Assembly (NCBI GenBank): GCA_040880145.1
Contig: JBBDIZ010000037.1
Location: 1-56,483, forward strand
Direction of reading: 5' to 3'
DNA: 56,483 bases
From: Simkaniaceae bacterium
GTDB lineage: Bacteria > Chlamydiota > Chlamydiia > Chlamydiales > JAJFMI01
In this document: piece after piece, positions 1-7,843 of the stretch
Layout of the letters: the number at the start of each line of letters is the position of its first letter
How positions within the stretch are numbered: position 1 is the stretch's first letter
Program-made: the position numbers and the translations under genes
Notes under the pieces: generated by a model
The model's database searches: none
Told to the model about the DNA's origin: nothing
Seen by the model: the letters and a program-made list of their open reading frames with translations, nothing else

Positions 1-8
1 TTAAAGTA

Positions 9-890
9 ATGAACAACACAATCAGTTTAAAAAAAAACTTTTGTATATTTTTCCTTTTTTTAACTCTTGTTATTCCCCTTTCAGCCAAAACCTATCTCTC
101 CACGCCAAGGCGCTGTGGAACTCACTACTTTCTCTACTCTCTTGAATACCTCACAAAACATCGATGGAAGGTTCAAAAAAAACAGGATTGGAATTGGTTT
201 GATCTTGGAAGCGATCCGGAAAATGAGCGCTTTATTCACTGCCACAATCTCTATCGCTATCAAGATTATGACTCAAGTGAGGACAAGCTCATTCTCCTCA
301 TCAGAAATTATCGTGAAGGAATCCTGCGTGATACGAAATCATTTGAAGAAGCATTAAATTCGATTCATCCAAGTTATTGCTACTTTGCAAATTTAAACCT
401 CTATGACAAATGGACGCCTGAAAATCGGCTGCTGATCACATACGAAGAGCTGCTTTTGCATCCAAAACAAACCTTTGAAAAGGTTTTACAATTTCTTCAG
501 CTTCCCTCATTTTATCTCGATGAGTACCTTAACGACCTTGACAGTCATAAAAAAAAGGTCATGCGCTTTTACCGTCGCCTAGGAGGGTCTCAATCAAAAG
601 GCGAAAACTTCAACTTTCATTCTGAGAAATTAACCCTTGATGAGATCGAGCAATTTGACTCAAAAGTTGAAACAACCTTTCCCTATCTTTTTGCAAACTA
701 TCTCAAGCACTATAAAGAACAAAAAAATACGGACGCGACTGCAACCAATTCAAACCATTCCCTTCATCCTCAAAATCCCCTGTTACGAGCCCACCCCCAT
801 CTACCGCCTCCTCGCCCCCAGAACTCAAAGCCCTCAGCCTCACCAACGACAACATCGCCGCCAAACTCAAAATCAACAAGAAAACAATAG
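9..890 (+). CDS. Sulfotransferase-domain protein with N-terminal signal peptide; last ~55 aa are probably read-through into foreign DNA
   Basis: 5'-PSB-like STPRRCGTHY, 3'-PB-like LLIRNYRE, LITYEELLLHP motif; hydrophobic N-terminus ending PLSA. Confidence 0.7.
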   Translation: MNNTISLKKNFCIFFLFLTLVIPLSAKTYLSTPRRCGTHYFLYSLEYLTKHRWKVQKKQDWNWFDLGSDPENERFIHCHNLYRYQDYDSSEDKLILLIRNYREGILRDTKSFEEALNSIHPSYCYFANLNLYDKWTPENRLLITYEELLLHPKQTFEKVLQFLQLPSFYLDEYLNDLDSHKKKVMRFYRRLGGSQSKGENFNFHSEKLTLDEIEQFDSKVETTFPYLFANYLKHYKEQKNTDATATNSNHSLHPQNPLLRAHPHLPPPRPQNSKPSASPTTTSPPNSKSTRKQ

Positions 891-913
891 CCAAAAGCAT
901 ATCACTCTGCTAA
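727..913 (+). pseudogene. Frameshifted helix-turn-helix ORF remnant
   Basis: IRTRLQPIQT...PIYRLLAP in one frame continues as ELKALSLTNDNIAAKLKINKKTIAKSISLC* (821-913) in another; HTH-like pattern; C-rich composition. Confidence 0.5.
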
Positions 914-1079
914 AATTAACCGCTGACGTAAAGGAGATATTTTTGAACACCGTAAGGAAAGAAATAGTAAAAGGTGCTCTTAAAACCCTCTTAAACTGTA
1001 TTCCCAATTTTGGACCCGCTCTTATTGAAGCAATTTTCGAGACGCCTTCACGCATAGAACAACAAAGAAGAGATGAATA

Positions 1080-2010
1080 TAGTGAATTAAATTATAATTT
1101 TCCTTATTCACTTGATCCTCCAGAAAATGCATAATCGATCGCATCAGCCAGCCTAAGCCCTTCTGCTCTCTCTAAAAATACTCGCACTTTCTTTTTCAGG
1201 TTCGCCCAAAATATCTCAATCGGGTTTAAATCCGGTGAATAAGGAGGAAGAAACAGCAATCGACAACCCGCTTCTTCTATCAATCTTCTTGTCTCCTGTG
1301 ATTTATGGAAAGACGCGTTATCCATAATCACCACTTGACTAGCTTTCAACTCCGGAATAAGAAAGTCCTTTAACCACATGTTGAAAAGATCCGTATTGCA
1401 TGTCCCTCTATAGCAAAAGGGCGATAAAATAGTGCTTTCTCTTTGTGCTGCTACAAAGCTCTCTCTTGCATATCTCATTCCAGAGACCGCTCCGTATACT
1501 TGCTGACCTCTTTGGGCTCTTGCTCGCTCTCTTCTCAAATATTGGTTAATTCCGCTTTCGTCGAGGTAGACTCGATCTTTTTCCGGAATCATTTTGATTG
1601 CTTCAATAAACTGTTTTCTTTTCTCTTCATTCCTTTCTTTGTAGTAGGGGATCTTTTTTTTAAAGAAATTTTCAGTCTACGACAAGCATAAAATATCCCC
1701 TGTGCTGTACTTCCAAACTCCTCTGCGATCTCTCGGAGATAAGCATCGGGATGTTTTTGAATAAAAGCCTGAAGTTTTTGGGTATCAATTAAACTTGGAG
1801 CACTTCTTCTTGATTTGGGAGGCAAAACCCCTTCTTTCTCTCTTCTAATCCAGTTCACTAATGTGCGTAACGTAATGCCAAAAGCTTCGACAACTTTTTT
1901 CCGATCACCTGTTTTATCGAGATACCTTAGGGCTTTTTTTCTTAGGTCTAATGAATAAGTCATCCACACATTGTACATGATCTAAGAGAAAAACAAAATC
2001 TAAATCACTA
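1080..2010 (-). mobile_element. IS630-family insertion sequence, 931 bp, TA target duplication
   Basis: Terminal inverted repeats TAGTGAATTAAATT (1080-1093) and TAGTGATTTAGATT (rc of 1997-2010); TA at 1078-1079 and 2011-2012. Confidence 0.9.
1104..1978 (-). CDS. IS630 transposase in two frames (HTH orfA 1589-1978, DDE orfB 1104-1592) joined by -1 slippage at an A8 run (1654-1661)
   Basis: YSLDLR and LREIAEEFG (HTH); YLDESG, IMDNASFH, LPPYSPDLNPIE (DDE); shifted junction reads LKKKIPYYKERNEEKRKQF. Confidence 0.92.
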
Positions 2011-2235
2011 TATCTAAAAAATACCCAAAAGGTTTCGAGAGTGGGTGAGACTGAGCAGCTTCGTAGCGAGAGAGCTTTTTTGAAGAATGTCGGTGGCTTG
2101 GCAAAAATCAGCTTGGGTCATGTCCATTGGATTGTATCTTCGCTGGGTAAAAAAGGCAAGAACTATGGAAGCGTTGAATAAGAGTAGGAGGCTGATTCAG
2201 AACTGACCTTTTATTTGGAGGACTAGCCAAATAGA

Positions 2236-2267
2236 AACCCTTGCTCTCCTTGAGAAGGGCAAGGGTT
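2236..2267 (-). terminator. Hairpin downstream of tRNA-Ser
   Basis: AACCCTTGC...GCAAGGGTT stem; weak U tail. Confidence 0.55.
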
Positions 2268-2284
2268 CGAATTGATTACTTTAT

Positions 2285-2369
2285 CGGAAGAGGAGGGATT
2301 CGAACCCCCGTACAGTTTCCCGTAAGCTGTTTTCAAGACAGCCGCATTCGGCCACTCTGCCACTCTTCC
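2285..2369 (-). tRNA. tRNA-Ser(TGA), CCA not encoded
   Basis: GGAAGAG/CTCTTCC acceptor stem, GCTGT-CTTGAAA-ACAGC anticodon arm, long variable arm, GGTTCGAATCC T arm. Confidence 0.97.
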
Positions 2370-2429
2370 GTAATAAAAAGATGCTGCAGATTCTAGCGTA
2401 AGAGGAAAAAAAAGACAAGAAGAAAGTGT

Positions 2430-3452
2430 TTAAGAAAATTGTGACAAAAAACGCAGATCGCACTCTGAAAAAAGACGGATATCGCTGATACCATGACGAA
2501 GCATAAAAAGGCGCTCGACTCCCCCGCCCCAGGCATAACCTGAGTACTCTTCCGGATCTATGCCGCCGTTTTTTAAAACTTCAGGATGAACCATACCAGC
2601 TCCAGACACCTCTAGCCACCCGGTTTCCTTGCAAAGTCCACATCCCTTTCCTCGACAACGTGTACAGTGAATATCGACTTCAAACCCAGGCTCAACAAAA
2701 GGAAAGTAACTGGGACGAACACGCAGTTTAACTTTTTCGCCAAGCAGCTTTTCAAAGAAAGTTTGCTTTGTCGCTAGAAGATCGGCAAAAGAAACCTCTT
2801 TATCGATATAAAGAACATCTACTTGATGAAAAAAAACATGGGATCTCGCTGTTATCGTTTCATTTCGATAACATTTACCGGGAGAGCAAATGCGAATAGG
2901 AGGAGAGGTCTTTTCCATAACACGCAGCTGAATATTTGTGTTGTGGGAACGTAAGAGAAGATCGCTTGAAAGGTAAAAAGTATCCTGCATATCACGAGCA
3001 GGATGATCAGGAGGATAATTCAACCCTCCATAATTGTAATACTCAGATTCAATTTCCGGCGAAAGCTGCACAGAAAAACCCATTTCCATTAGAACATCCA
3101 AAATTTCGTCTTGCATCGTAGAAAGTGGATGTTTTCGAGCTAAGTTTTGCCTGCGGCCCGGTAGCGATACATCTACCTTTTCGGATAGAAGTCTCGATTC
3201 TAACTCAGATTCGTCTAACTTTTTTCCAAAAGATTGGATTTCAGATTCAATTTGAACTTTTAATCGGTTGATTGTTTGGCCAAGAATCGGACGCATGGAT
3301 TCGTCCAAAGTTCTAAGACCCTTCATCAGTTCTTGAATGGGCCCTTTCCGTCCGAGATATTTGATACGAACTCTTTCTAAATCTTTACTACTAAGTACGC
3401 TTTTAAGATCACTTTCGTATTCTTGCTTGAGTTCGTTGATTCTATCTTGCAT
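2430..3452 (-). CDS. pheS: Phenylalanine-tRNA ligase alpha subunit
   Basis: HPARDMQDTF, FHQVD, PSYFPFVEP, GMVHP; start moved to ATG 3452 because the longer ORF overlaps the rplT terminator. Confidence 0.97.
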   Translation of the reverse strand: MQDRINELKQEYESDLKSVLSSKDLERVRIKYLGRKGPIQELMKGLRTLDESMRPILGQTINRLKVQIESEIQSFGKKLDESELESRLLSEKVDVSLPGRRQNLARKHPLSTMQDEILDVLMEMGFSVQLSPEIESEYYNYGGLNYPPDHPARDMQDTFYLSSDLLLRSHNTNIQLRVMEKTSPPIRICSPGKCYRNETITARSHVFFHQVDVLYIDKEVSFADLLATKQTFFEKLLGEKVKLRVRPSYFPFVEPGFEVDIHCTRCRGKGCGLCKETGWLEVSGAGMVHPEVLKNGGIDPEEYSGYAWGGGVERLFMLRHGISDIRLFSECDLRFLSQFS

Positions 3453-3460
3453 CAGCTCAT

Positions 3461-3486
3461 AAAAAAGGCTCCTCTTTAGAGGAGCC
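3461..3486 (-). terminator. Rho-independent terminator after rplT
   Basis: GGCTCCTC-TAAA-GAGGAGCC followed by T6 on the minus strand. Confidence 0.85.
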
Positions 3487-3511
3487 AAAAGGTTTATAGA
3501 TTTTTAAAATC

Positions 3512-3868
3512 TCATGCGAGGGCGACTTTCGCCTTGTCCGCAACTTGCTTAAAGCCTTCAGGATCATGAAGGGCCATGTGCGCTAACATCTTGCGATTGA
3601 GGCCGCACTCAGCTCTTTTAAGGCCACAGATGAACTTACTATAAGAAAGTCCATTGATCCGTGAACCAACTCCAATTCTAATATTCCATAGGCGTCTGAA
3701 GTCGCGTTTTTTTCGCTTTCGATCGCGATAATTGAAAGCCATCGCTCTCATAACCGCATCAGAGGTCTGGCGTAAGTGATTCTTACGATCTCCAATAAAC
3801 CCCTTCGCTCTTTTAAATAATCTTTTCTTTTTTCGCTTTGAAGCGACTGAATTTTTGACTCTAACCAT
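3512..3868 (-). CDS. rplT: 50S ribosomal protein L20
   Basis: MVRVK, RDRKRKKRDFRRLW, LNRKMLA. Confidence 0.98.
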   Translation of the reverse strand: MVRVKNSVASKRKKKRLFKRAKGFIGDRKNHLRQTSDAVMRAMAFNYRDRKRKKRDFRRLWNIRIGVGSRINGLSYSKFICGLKRAECGLNRKMLAHMALHDPEGFKQVADKAKVALA

Positions 3869-3873
3869 CGGTC

Positions 3874-4071
3874 CTAAACTCCTTTAATCAACCGCTTATA
3901 CAAGGGAGCGTGCGCTTTAGAAACCAATGCAGGAGCTTTCAAAAAACGCTTTCGCTTTGAGCTCTTTTTGGTCAGGATATGCTTGCGTCCTTGCTTTCGT
4001 CTAAGGAGCTTTCCTGTCCCCGTTAGTTTAAATCTGGCTTTAATCGCCTTTCTTGTTTTCGCTTTAGTCAC
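3874..4071 (-). CDS. rpmI: 50S ribosomal protein L35
   Basis: KTRKAIKARFKLTGTGK, HILTKKS; lies between infC and rplT. Confidence 0.97.
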   Translation of the reverse strand: MTKAKTRKAIKARFKLTGTGKLLRRKQGRKHILTKKSSKRKRFLKAPALVSKAHAPLYKRLIKGV

Positions 4072-4084
4072 TTTGGATATTCTC

Positions 4085-4618
4085 CTACTTCTTTTTTATC
4101 TGCGGCGCCATGACAAGAGATAGGCTGCGGCCCATCATCTTAGCGCGGCTTTCGGGAGATCCGACCTCGACAAGTTCATCACAAAACCGATCGACGACTT
4201 TACGGCCGACATCAGTATGAAGCATCTCTCTCCCACGGAACATACAGGTTATTTTAACCTTATTTCCTTTTTCTAAAAACTCTTTTGCTCTTTTCAGTTT
4301 TACTTGAAGGTCGTGCTCATCAATATTTGGCTTGAGCTTGACCTCTTTCACTTTAATCTGATGTTGAGACTTTTTACTTTCTCTTTCCTTTTTTGTTTGC
4401 TCATAACGATACTTGCCGTAATCGATAATCTTGCAAACAGGAGGGGACGCATTTGGAGAAATTTCAACAAGGTCCAATCCCAAATCCTGCGCTTTAAAAT
4501 AAGCCTCTTTACTTGGCATGACGCCAAGCTGGGCTCCATCGGGTCCTATCACTCTAACACGTAGCGCTCTGACATCCCGGTTTATTCGTACTTTAGTTCC
4601 CGTAGGTCCCTTTGCCAT
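4085..4618 (-). CDS. infC: Translation initiation factor IF-3
   Basis: LDLVEISPNASPPVCKIIDYGKY, KEVKLKPNIDEHD, FRGRE. Confidence 0.98.
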   Translation of the reverse strand: MAKGPTGTKVRINRDVRALRVRVIGPDGAQLGVMPSKEAYFKAQDLGLDLVEISPNASPPVCKIIDYGKYRYEQTKKERESKKSQHQIKVKEVKLKPNIDEHDLQVKLKRAKEFLEKGNKVKITCMFRGREMLHTDVGRKVVDRFCDELVEVGSPESRAKMMGRSLSLVMAPQIKKK

Positions 4619-4632
4619 TCAATCTCTCAAGT

Positions 4633-5799
4633 TTAGTGTATTTCAGGGTTTTGCTGCTCTTCTAACAAGAGAGCAATCACTCGTTCGAGTGAGTTCAAAA
4701 GAGTTAGCTCATAGCTATAGAGCTCTCCTTGCTCTTCTATCATCAAATAGGGCCCAGTCCACTCAAATCCAAAAGGATCTTCGACACTAAACTCAACTCG
4801 AGCATGGCGCTCACCCTTTTCAGAGAACCGCATCTCAAAAGGAATCTTTTCCCTATCAAGAGCCGAGCGCAAAACTTTTTCACAAGCGGCGAAGCCATTT
4901 GATCGTTTCCCCCTAATTGGGCGGAGTAAATAGGCCTTCCACTTAAGCCCCAATATATTAATCGTTTTAACAATGAATTGCAAGAGAAAGTCGCACTCCT
5001 TCTCTCCGCCCCTTGAAAAAAGGGCGTCTTTTAAAGCACGATGATGATTTAAAAGACCGTTAGAAAAATTTTCATTATCACATCGATCCCATCCTGCAAT
5101 GCGAGCCGGTTTTGCAAACATTTTTCTATAGGATAAAGTATTGCTCTCGGAATCGACGACCGCAAATCCGGCTTCTTCAACCCAAGCTTGCCAATCACGG
5201 ATTAATTGGTCGCGAAGACGAACTCCTTTTGGATGCCAGAAGAGAGTTAAAGGCTCAGGAAATGCAGTGGGTCCATTTGGTTCATAAGAGAAAAGCTCTT
5301 TTCCTATTTCGAGATGATCTTGAATTTTCTTTTGATTGGATAGAGCCCCTTCAATACGTACAATCGTTTCCATATGACCACGAAACTCAAGAGGAGAAAT
5401 GGTGTGAATTTTGAGTAGTTGAAACGAAATATTTTGAACATTTTTTTCAATTGGATCTAGGGAATAGTCGAAAAAAGGACCAATCTTGATCACAGGGACG
5501 AGATCTCCCTTGTGCTTTTTAGCAAAATGAGCGCGTACGATTTGGCAGTTCTCTTTGAGATATTGTGAAAGATTTCCAGCCATCATCTCTGACAACTCAA
5601 TCTCTTCACCCCTGATCAATTCATTCATTCGGGCGCGAACAGCCGGAAGCTGCTTCTCAATTAAGGGATCCTTAAAACTGAAGTCAGCAAAAAACCCTTT
5701 TCTCGAATAAGCGGCATTGACAAGCTGAGCTTTAGGAGAAAGATCGATAACTGCTGCGGCAAGTATCTTAGATAACGTTGTGAGTTGCCCTGTTAGCAC
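4633..5799 (-). CDS. Degenerate threonyl-tRNA synthetase-like protein
   Basis: In the thrS position upstream of infC; relics DHLEIGKELF, FWHPKG, RIEG, SLERVIALL; only 388 aa, catalytic motifs missing. Confidence 0.75.
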   Translation of the reverse strand: MLTGQLTTLSKILAAAVIDLSPKAQLVNAAYSRKGFFADFSFKDPLIEKQLPAVRARMNELIRGEEIELSEMMAGNLSQYLKENCQIVRAHFAKKHKGDLVPVIKIGPFFDYSLDPIEKNVQNISFQLLKIHTISPLEFRGHMETIVRIEGALSNQKKIQDHLEIGKELFSYEPNGPTAFPEPLTLFWHPKGVRLRDQLIRDWQAWVEEAGFAVVDSESNTLSYRKMFAKPARIAGWDRCDNENFSNGLLNHHRALKDALFSRGGEKECDFLLQFIVKTINILGLKWKAYLLRPIRGKRSNGFAACEKVLRSALDREKIPFEMRFSEKGERHARVEFSVEDPFGFEWTGPYLMIEEQGELYSYELTLLNSLERVIALLLEEQQNPEIH

Positions 5800-5824
5800 C
5801 CTATACCATGGTTAATAAAAAAAA

Positions 5825-5898
5825 TGGGATATAGCTGACTCGAACAGCTGACCTCCACGATGTCAACGTGGCGCTCTAACCAACTGAGCTAATACCCC
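5825..5898 (-). tRNA. tRNA-Val(GAC), CCA not encoded
   Basis: GGGGTAT/ATATCCC acceptor stem, CCACG-TTGACAT-CGTGG anticodon arm, GTTCGAG T loop. Confidence 0.97.
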
Positions 5899-6001
5899 AC
5901 GATACCCCTGAACATATCTAAGGACGTTCAGAAGTAGAGGTTAACGATAGACAAATCGATGATTTTCATCAAGTGAAAATTGTGATAGACTCTTCACTTG
6001 T

Positions 6002-6562
6002 ATGGAAATTCAAACCTTTACCAAATCGCATATCCATCTTGCTCACGCGCTTTGGCTTCCTTTTTTAGCCCAAGGAGGGCTCTTTATCGATGCGACAGCC
6101 GGAAACGGCTGCGATGCCCTTTTTATAGCGGAGAAAGGGCTCCACTGCCCCCTTGATCACCTTCATCTTTTTGATATTCAAGAAAAAGCTTTAGAAAACT
6201 CGAGAAAAAGGTGTCTTCCCTATCTGTCTCAAATAACCTTTCATCATAAATCTCATCTTCAGCTCCCTGATATTAGAGCCCAGCTTATCGTCTACAACCT
6301 AGGCTACCTCCCAAATGGCGGCGACAACACTTTAACAACAGAGACAGAAACCACGCTAAAAAGTGTAAAAGAGGGGATTAAACGCCTTAAAAAGGGGGGC
6401 GCACTCTCCATTACCTGTTATCCCGGGCACGAAGAAGGGGCGCGTGAAGAGCGCGCCCTCTGCTCCTTTTTCAAAAATCAACCGGATTTAAAAGTCTCCT
6501 TTTATAAAAAACAAAACCGATCGCTCGCCCCTTCCCTACTGTTTATTAGACATCTTGCATAG
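6002..6562 (+). CDS. SAM-dependent methyltransferase, YtqB/MnmM-like
   Basis: IDATAGNGCD, FDIQ, YNLGYLP, YPGHEEG motifs. Confidence 0.85.
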   Translation: MEIQTFTKSHIHLAHALWLPFLAQGGLFIDATAGNGCDALFIAEKGLHCPLDHLHLFDIQEKALENSRKRCLPYLSQITFHHKSHLQLPDIRAQLIVYNLGYLPNGGDNTLTTETETTLKSVKEGIKRLKKGGALSITCYPGHEEGAREERALCSFFKNQPDLKVSFYKKQNRSLAPSLLFIRHLA

Positions 6563-6847
6563 CCCCTACCCCTGCCCTTGCCCTTGCCCCTGCCCCTGCC
6601 CGATTAGTGTTTTTTTTGAGCCATTTTCACTAGCATGGACCCTATACTAATCAGCAGCTCACGGCCTTTGACCTATCGTTCTTCATTCACAAGTTGTAAT
6701 CGTTGACACACATCCAAAATTCCTGCGCATTCTGTAGCAGATCGTTATATTAAAAAATAGTATTGTGTGCCAGAACTTTTTCAAACTTTTCGGGCAGGGG
6801 CAAGGGCAAGGGCAAGGGCAGGGAATTGGGGTTATGCAAGATGTTTA
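6547..6847. mobile_element. 301-bp palindromic (MITE/IVS-like) cassette with nested inverted repeats
   Basis: Outer IR 6547-6566 / 6828-6847 (18/20 match); inner IR of CCYTGC hexamers 6570-6603 / 6790-6823 (33/34 match). Confidence 0.8.
6604..6744 (-). pseudogene. C-terminal fragment of a four-helix-bundle (23S rRNA IVP / Avd-like) protein
   Basis: Translates RSATECAGILDVCQRLQLVNEER*VKGRELLISIGSMLVKMAQKKH*; internal TAG, 5' part absent; family recognised from memory. Confidence 0.7.
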
Positions 6848-6912
6848 TTCAATATTGCAGTCATAATAAAAAAAATACTTTTTAATTTAAATTTTTTATA
6901 TAAAGCTGTTTG

Positions 6913-7671
6913 ATGGGTGTTAAATTATTATATGCTATTATTGTGCCAATAACTTCTCTTTTTGCATTATCCGAAACACGTCAGAAACAACTGAATTCTT
7001 ATGCGGATAAGTATTCCATAACAGCCTATTCCTCTTTCGAATATCCCCGCATCCCTCCAAATGAAGTATTAAAAACAGGCAAAAATGGAAAAGTCCTGAT
7101 TTTTACTTATGGATCTCTTTTAAATAAAGAGTCTGCAAGCCACTCTCTTTCAGATCAAGCTATGAAAACTTATTCTCCTGCTGTTGCTTTAAGCGTCAAA
7201 AGACTCTTTAATCGCTATGTTCCAACTACAAAAAAGTGGGGCGTTCCTAAAAATCCCTTAGATGTTGCGATGCTCAATCTCCTCCCTTGCAGTGAGCCAT
7301 CTGCAATAGTCAATGGAGTTATGATGTGGGTTGATGAGGAAGATTTAAAAAATTTATTAACTAGGGAGGAGGGGTACGATCTCATCCCTGTCTTTGTAAT
7401 TAGCTGGAATGAAGCAATCGATCCTCTCATAACCAATCCCCCAATCGAAGTCGCCTACACGTTTTCAGCAAGTCTAAACGCTCGAGAAGGCATTCATTAC
7501 ACTCGTCCAAATATTGATCCCGTTCCCAAATATGCGATTGCTTGTATGAAGGGAGCTGCTCAATATGGTCAAGAATATCTCAATTTTTGGCTTTACACAA
7601 CTTACCTCTCTGATGGGAAAACAAAATTTATATGCTGGAAAAATAAGCATCTGAACAAGGCTTTGAATTAA
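6913..7671 (+). CDS. Gamma-glutamylcyclotransferase-fold (GGCT/ChaC-like) protein with signal-like N-terminus
   Basis: IFTYGSLLN, VNGV, LLTREEGYD motifs. Confidence 0.65.
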   Translation: MGVKLLYAIIVPITSLFALSETRQKQLNSYADKYSITAYSSFEYPRIPPNEVLKTGKNGKVLIFTYGSLLNKESASHSLSDQAMKTYSPAVALSVKRLFNRYVPTTKKWGVPKNPLDVAMLNLLPCSEPSAIVNGVMMWVDEEDLKNLLTREEGYDLIPVFVISWNEAIDPLITNPPIEVAYTFSASLNAREGIHYTRPNIDPVPKYAIACMKGAAQYGQEYLNFWLYTTYLSDGKTKFICWKNKHLNKALN

Positions 7672-7843
7672 AAAAAAGTTTATCTGTTGATCTTTTTATC
7701 AGAAGCAACTAAACAAGTGTTATTAGTTACAATTGATTAACATTGGATTATGATGTATAATTATTATAGGTTGTTATCACAATAATAACATAACGATAAC
7801 ATAACCTTTATATAATAATTGTAATAATCATAATAGGTATGCC

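Larger units (their letters stand above)
943..2181 (+). pseudogene. Small hypothetical gene interrupted by IS630
   Basis: AAGGAG at 931-936 precedes TTG at 943; removing the IS and one TA restores the frame ...RRDEY-LKNTQKV...GSVE* to TAA 2179-2181. Confidence 0.5.

Noticed and set aside
637-1134. 165-aa ORF in the track
   Set aside because: Chimera of an off-frame sulfotransferase end, the HTH remnant, the interrupted gene and the IS end
2281-2463. 60-aa ORF on the minus strand
   Set aside because: Overlaps tRNA-Ser; spurious translation
4085-4618. infC apparently starting with ATG rather than an autoregulatory ATT
   Set aside because: The true start cannot be fixed from sequence alone; non-canonical starts a few codons downstream are possible
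7740-7843. Short ATAACATAAC repeats upstream of the 268-aa orphan
   Set aside because: Low-complexity AT-rich DNA; not distinguishable from chance
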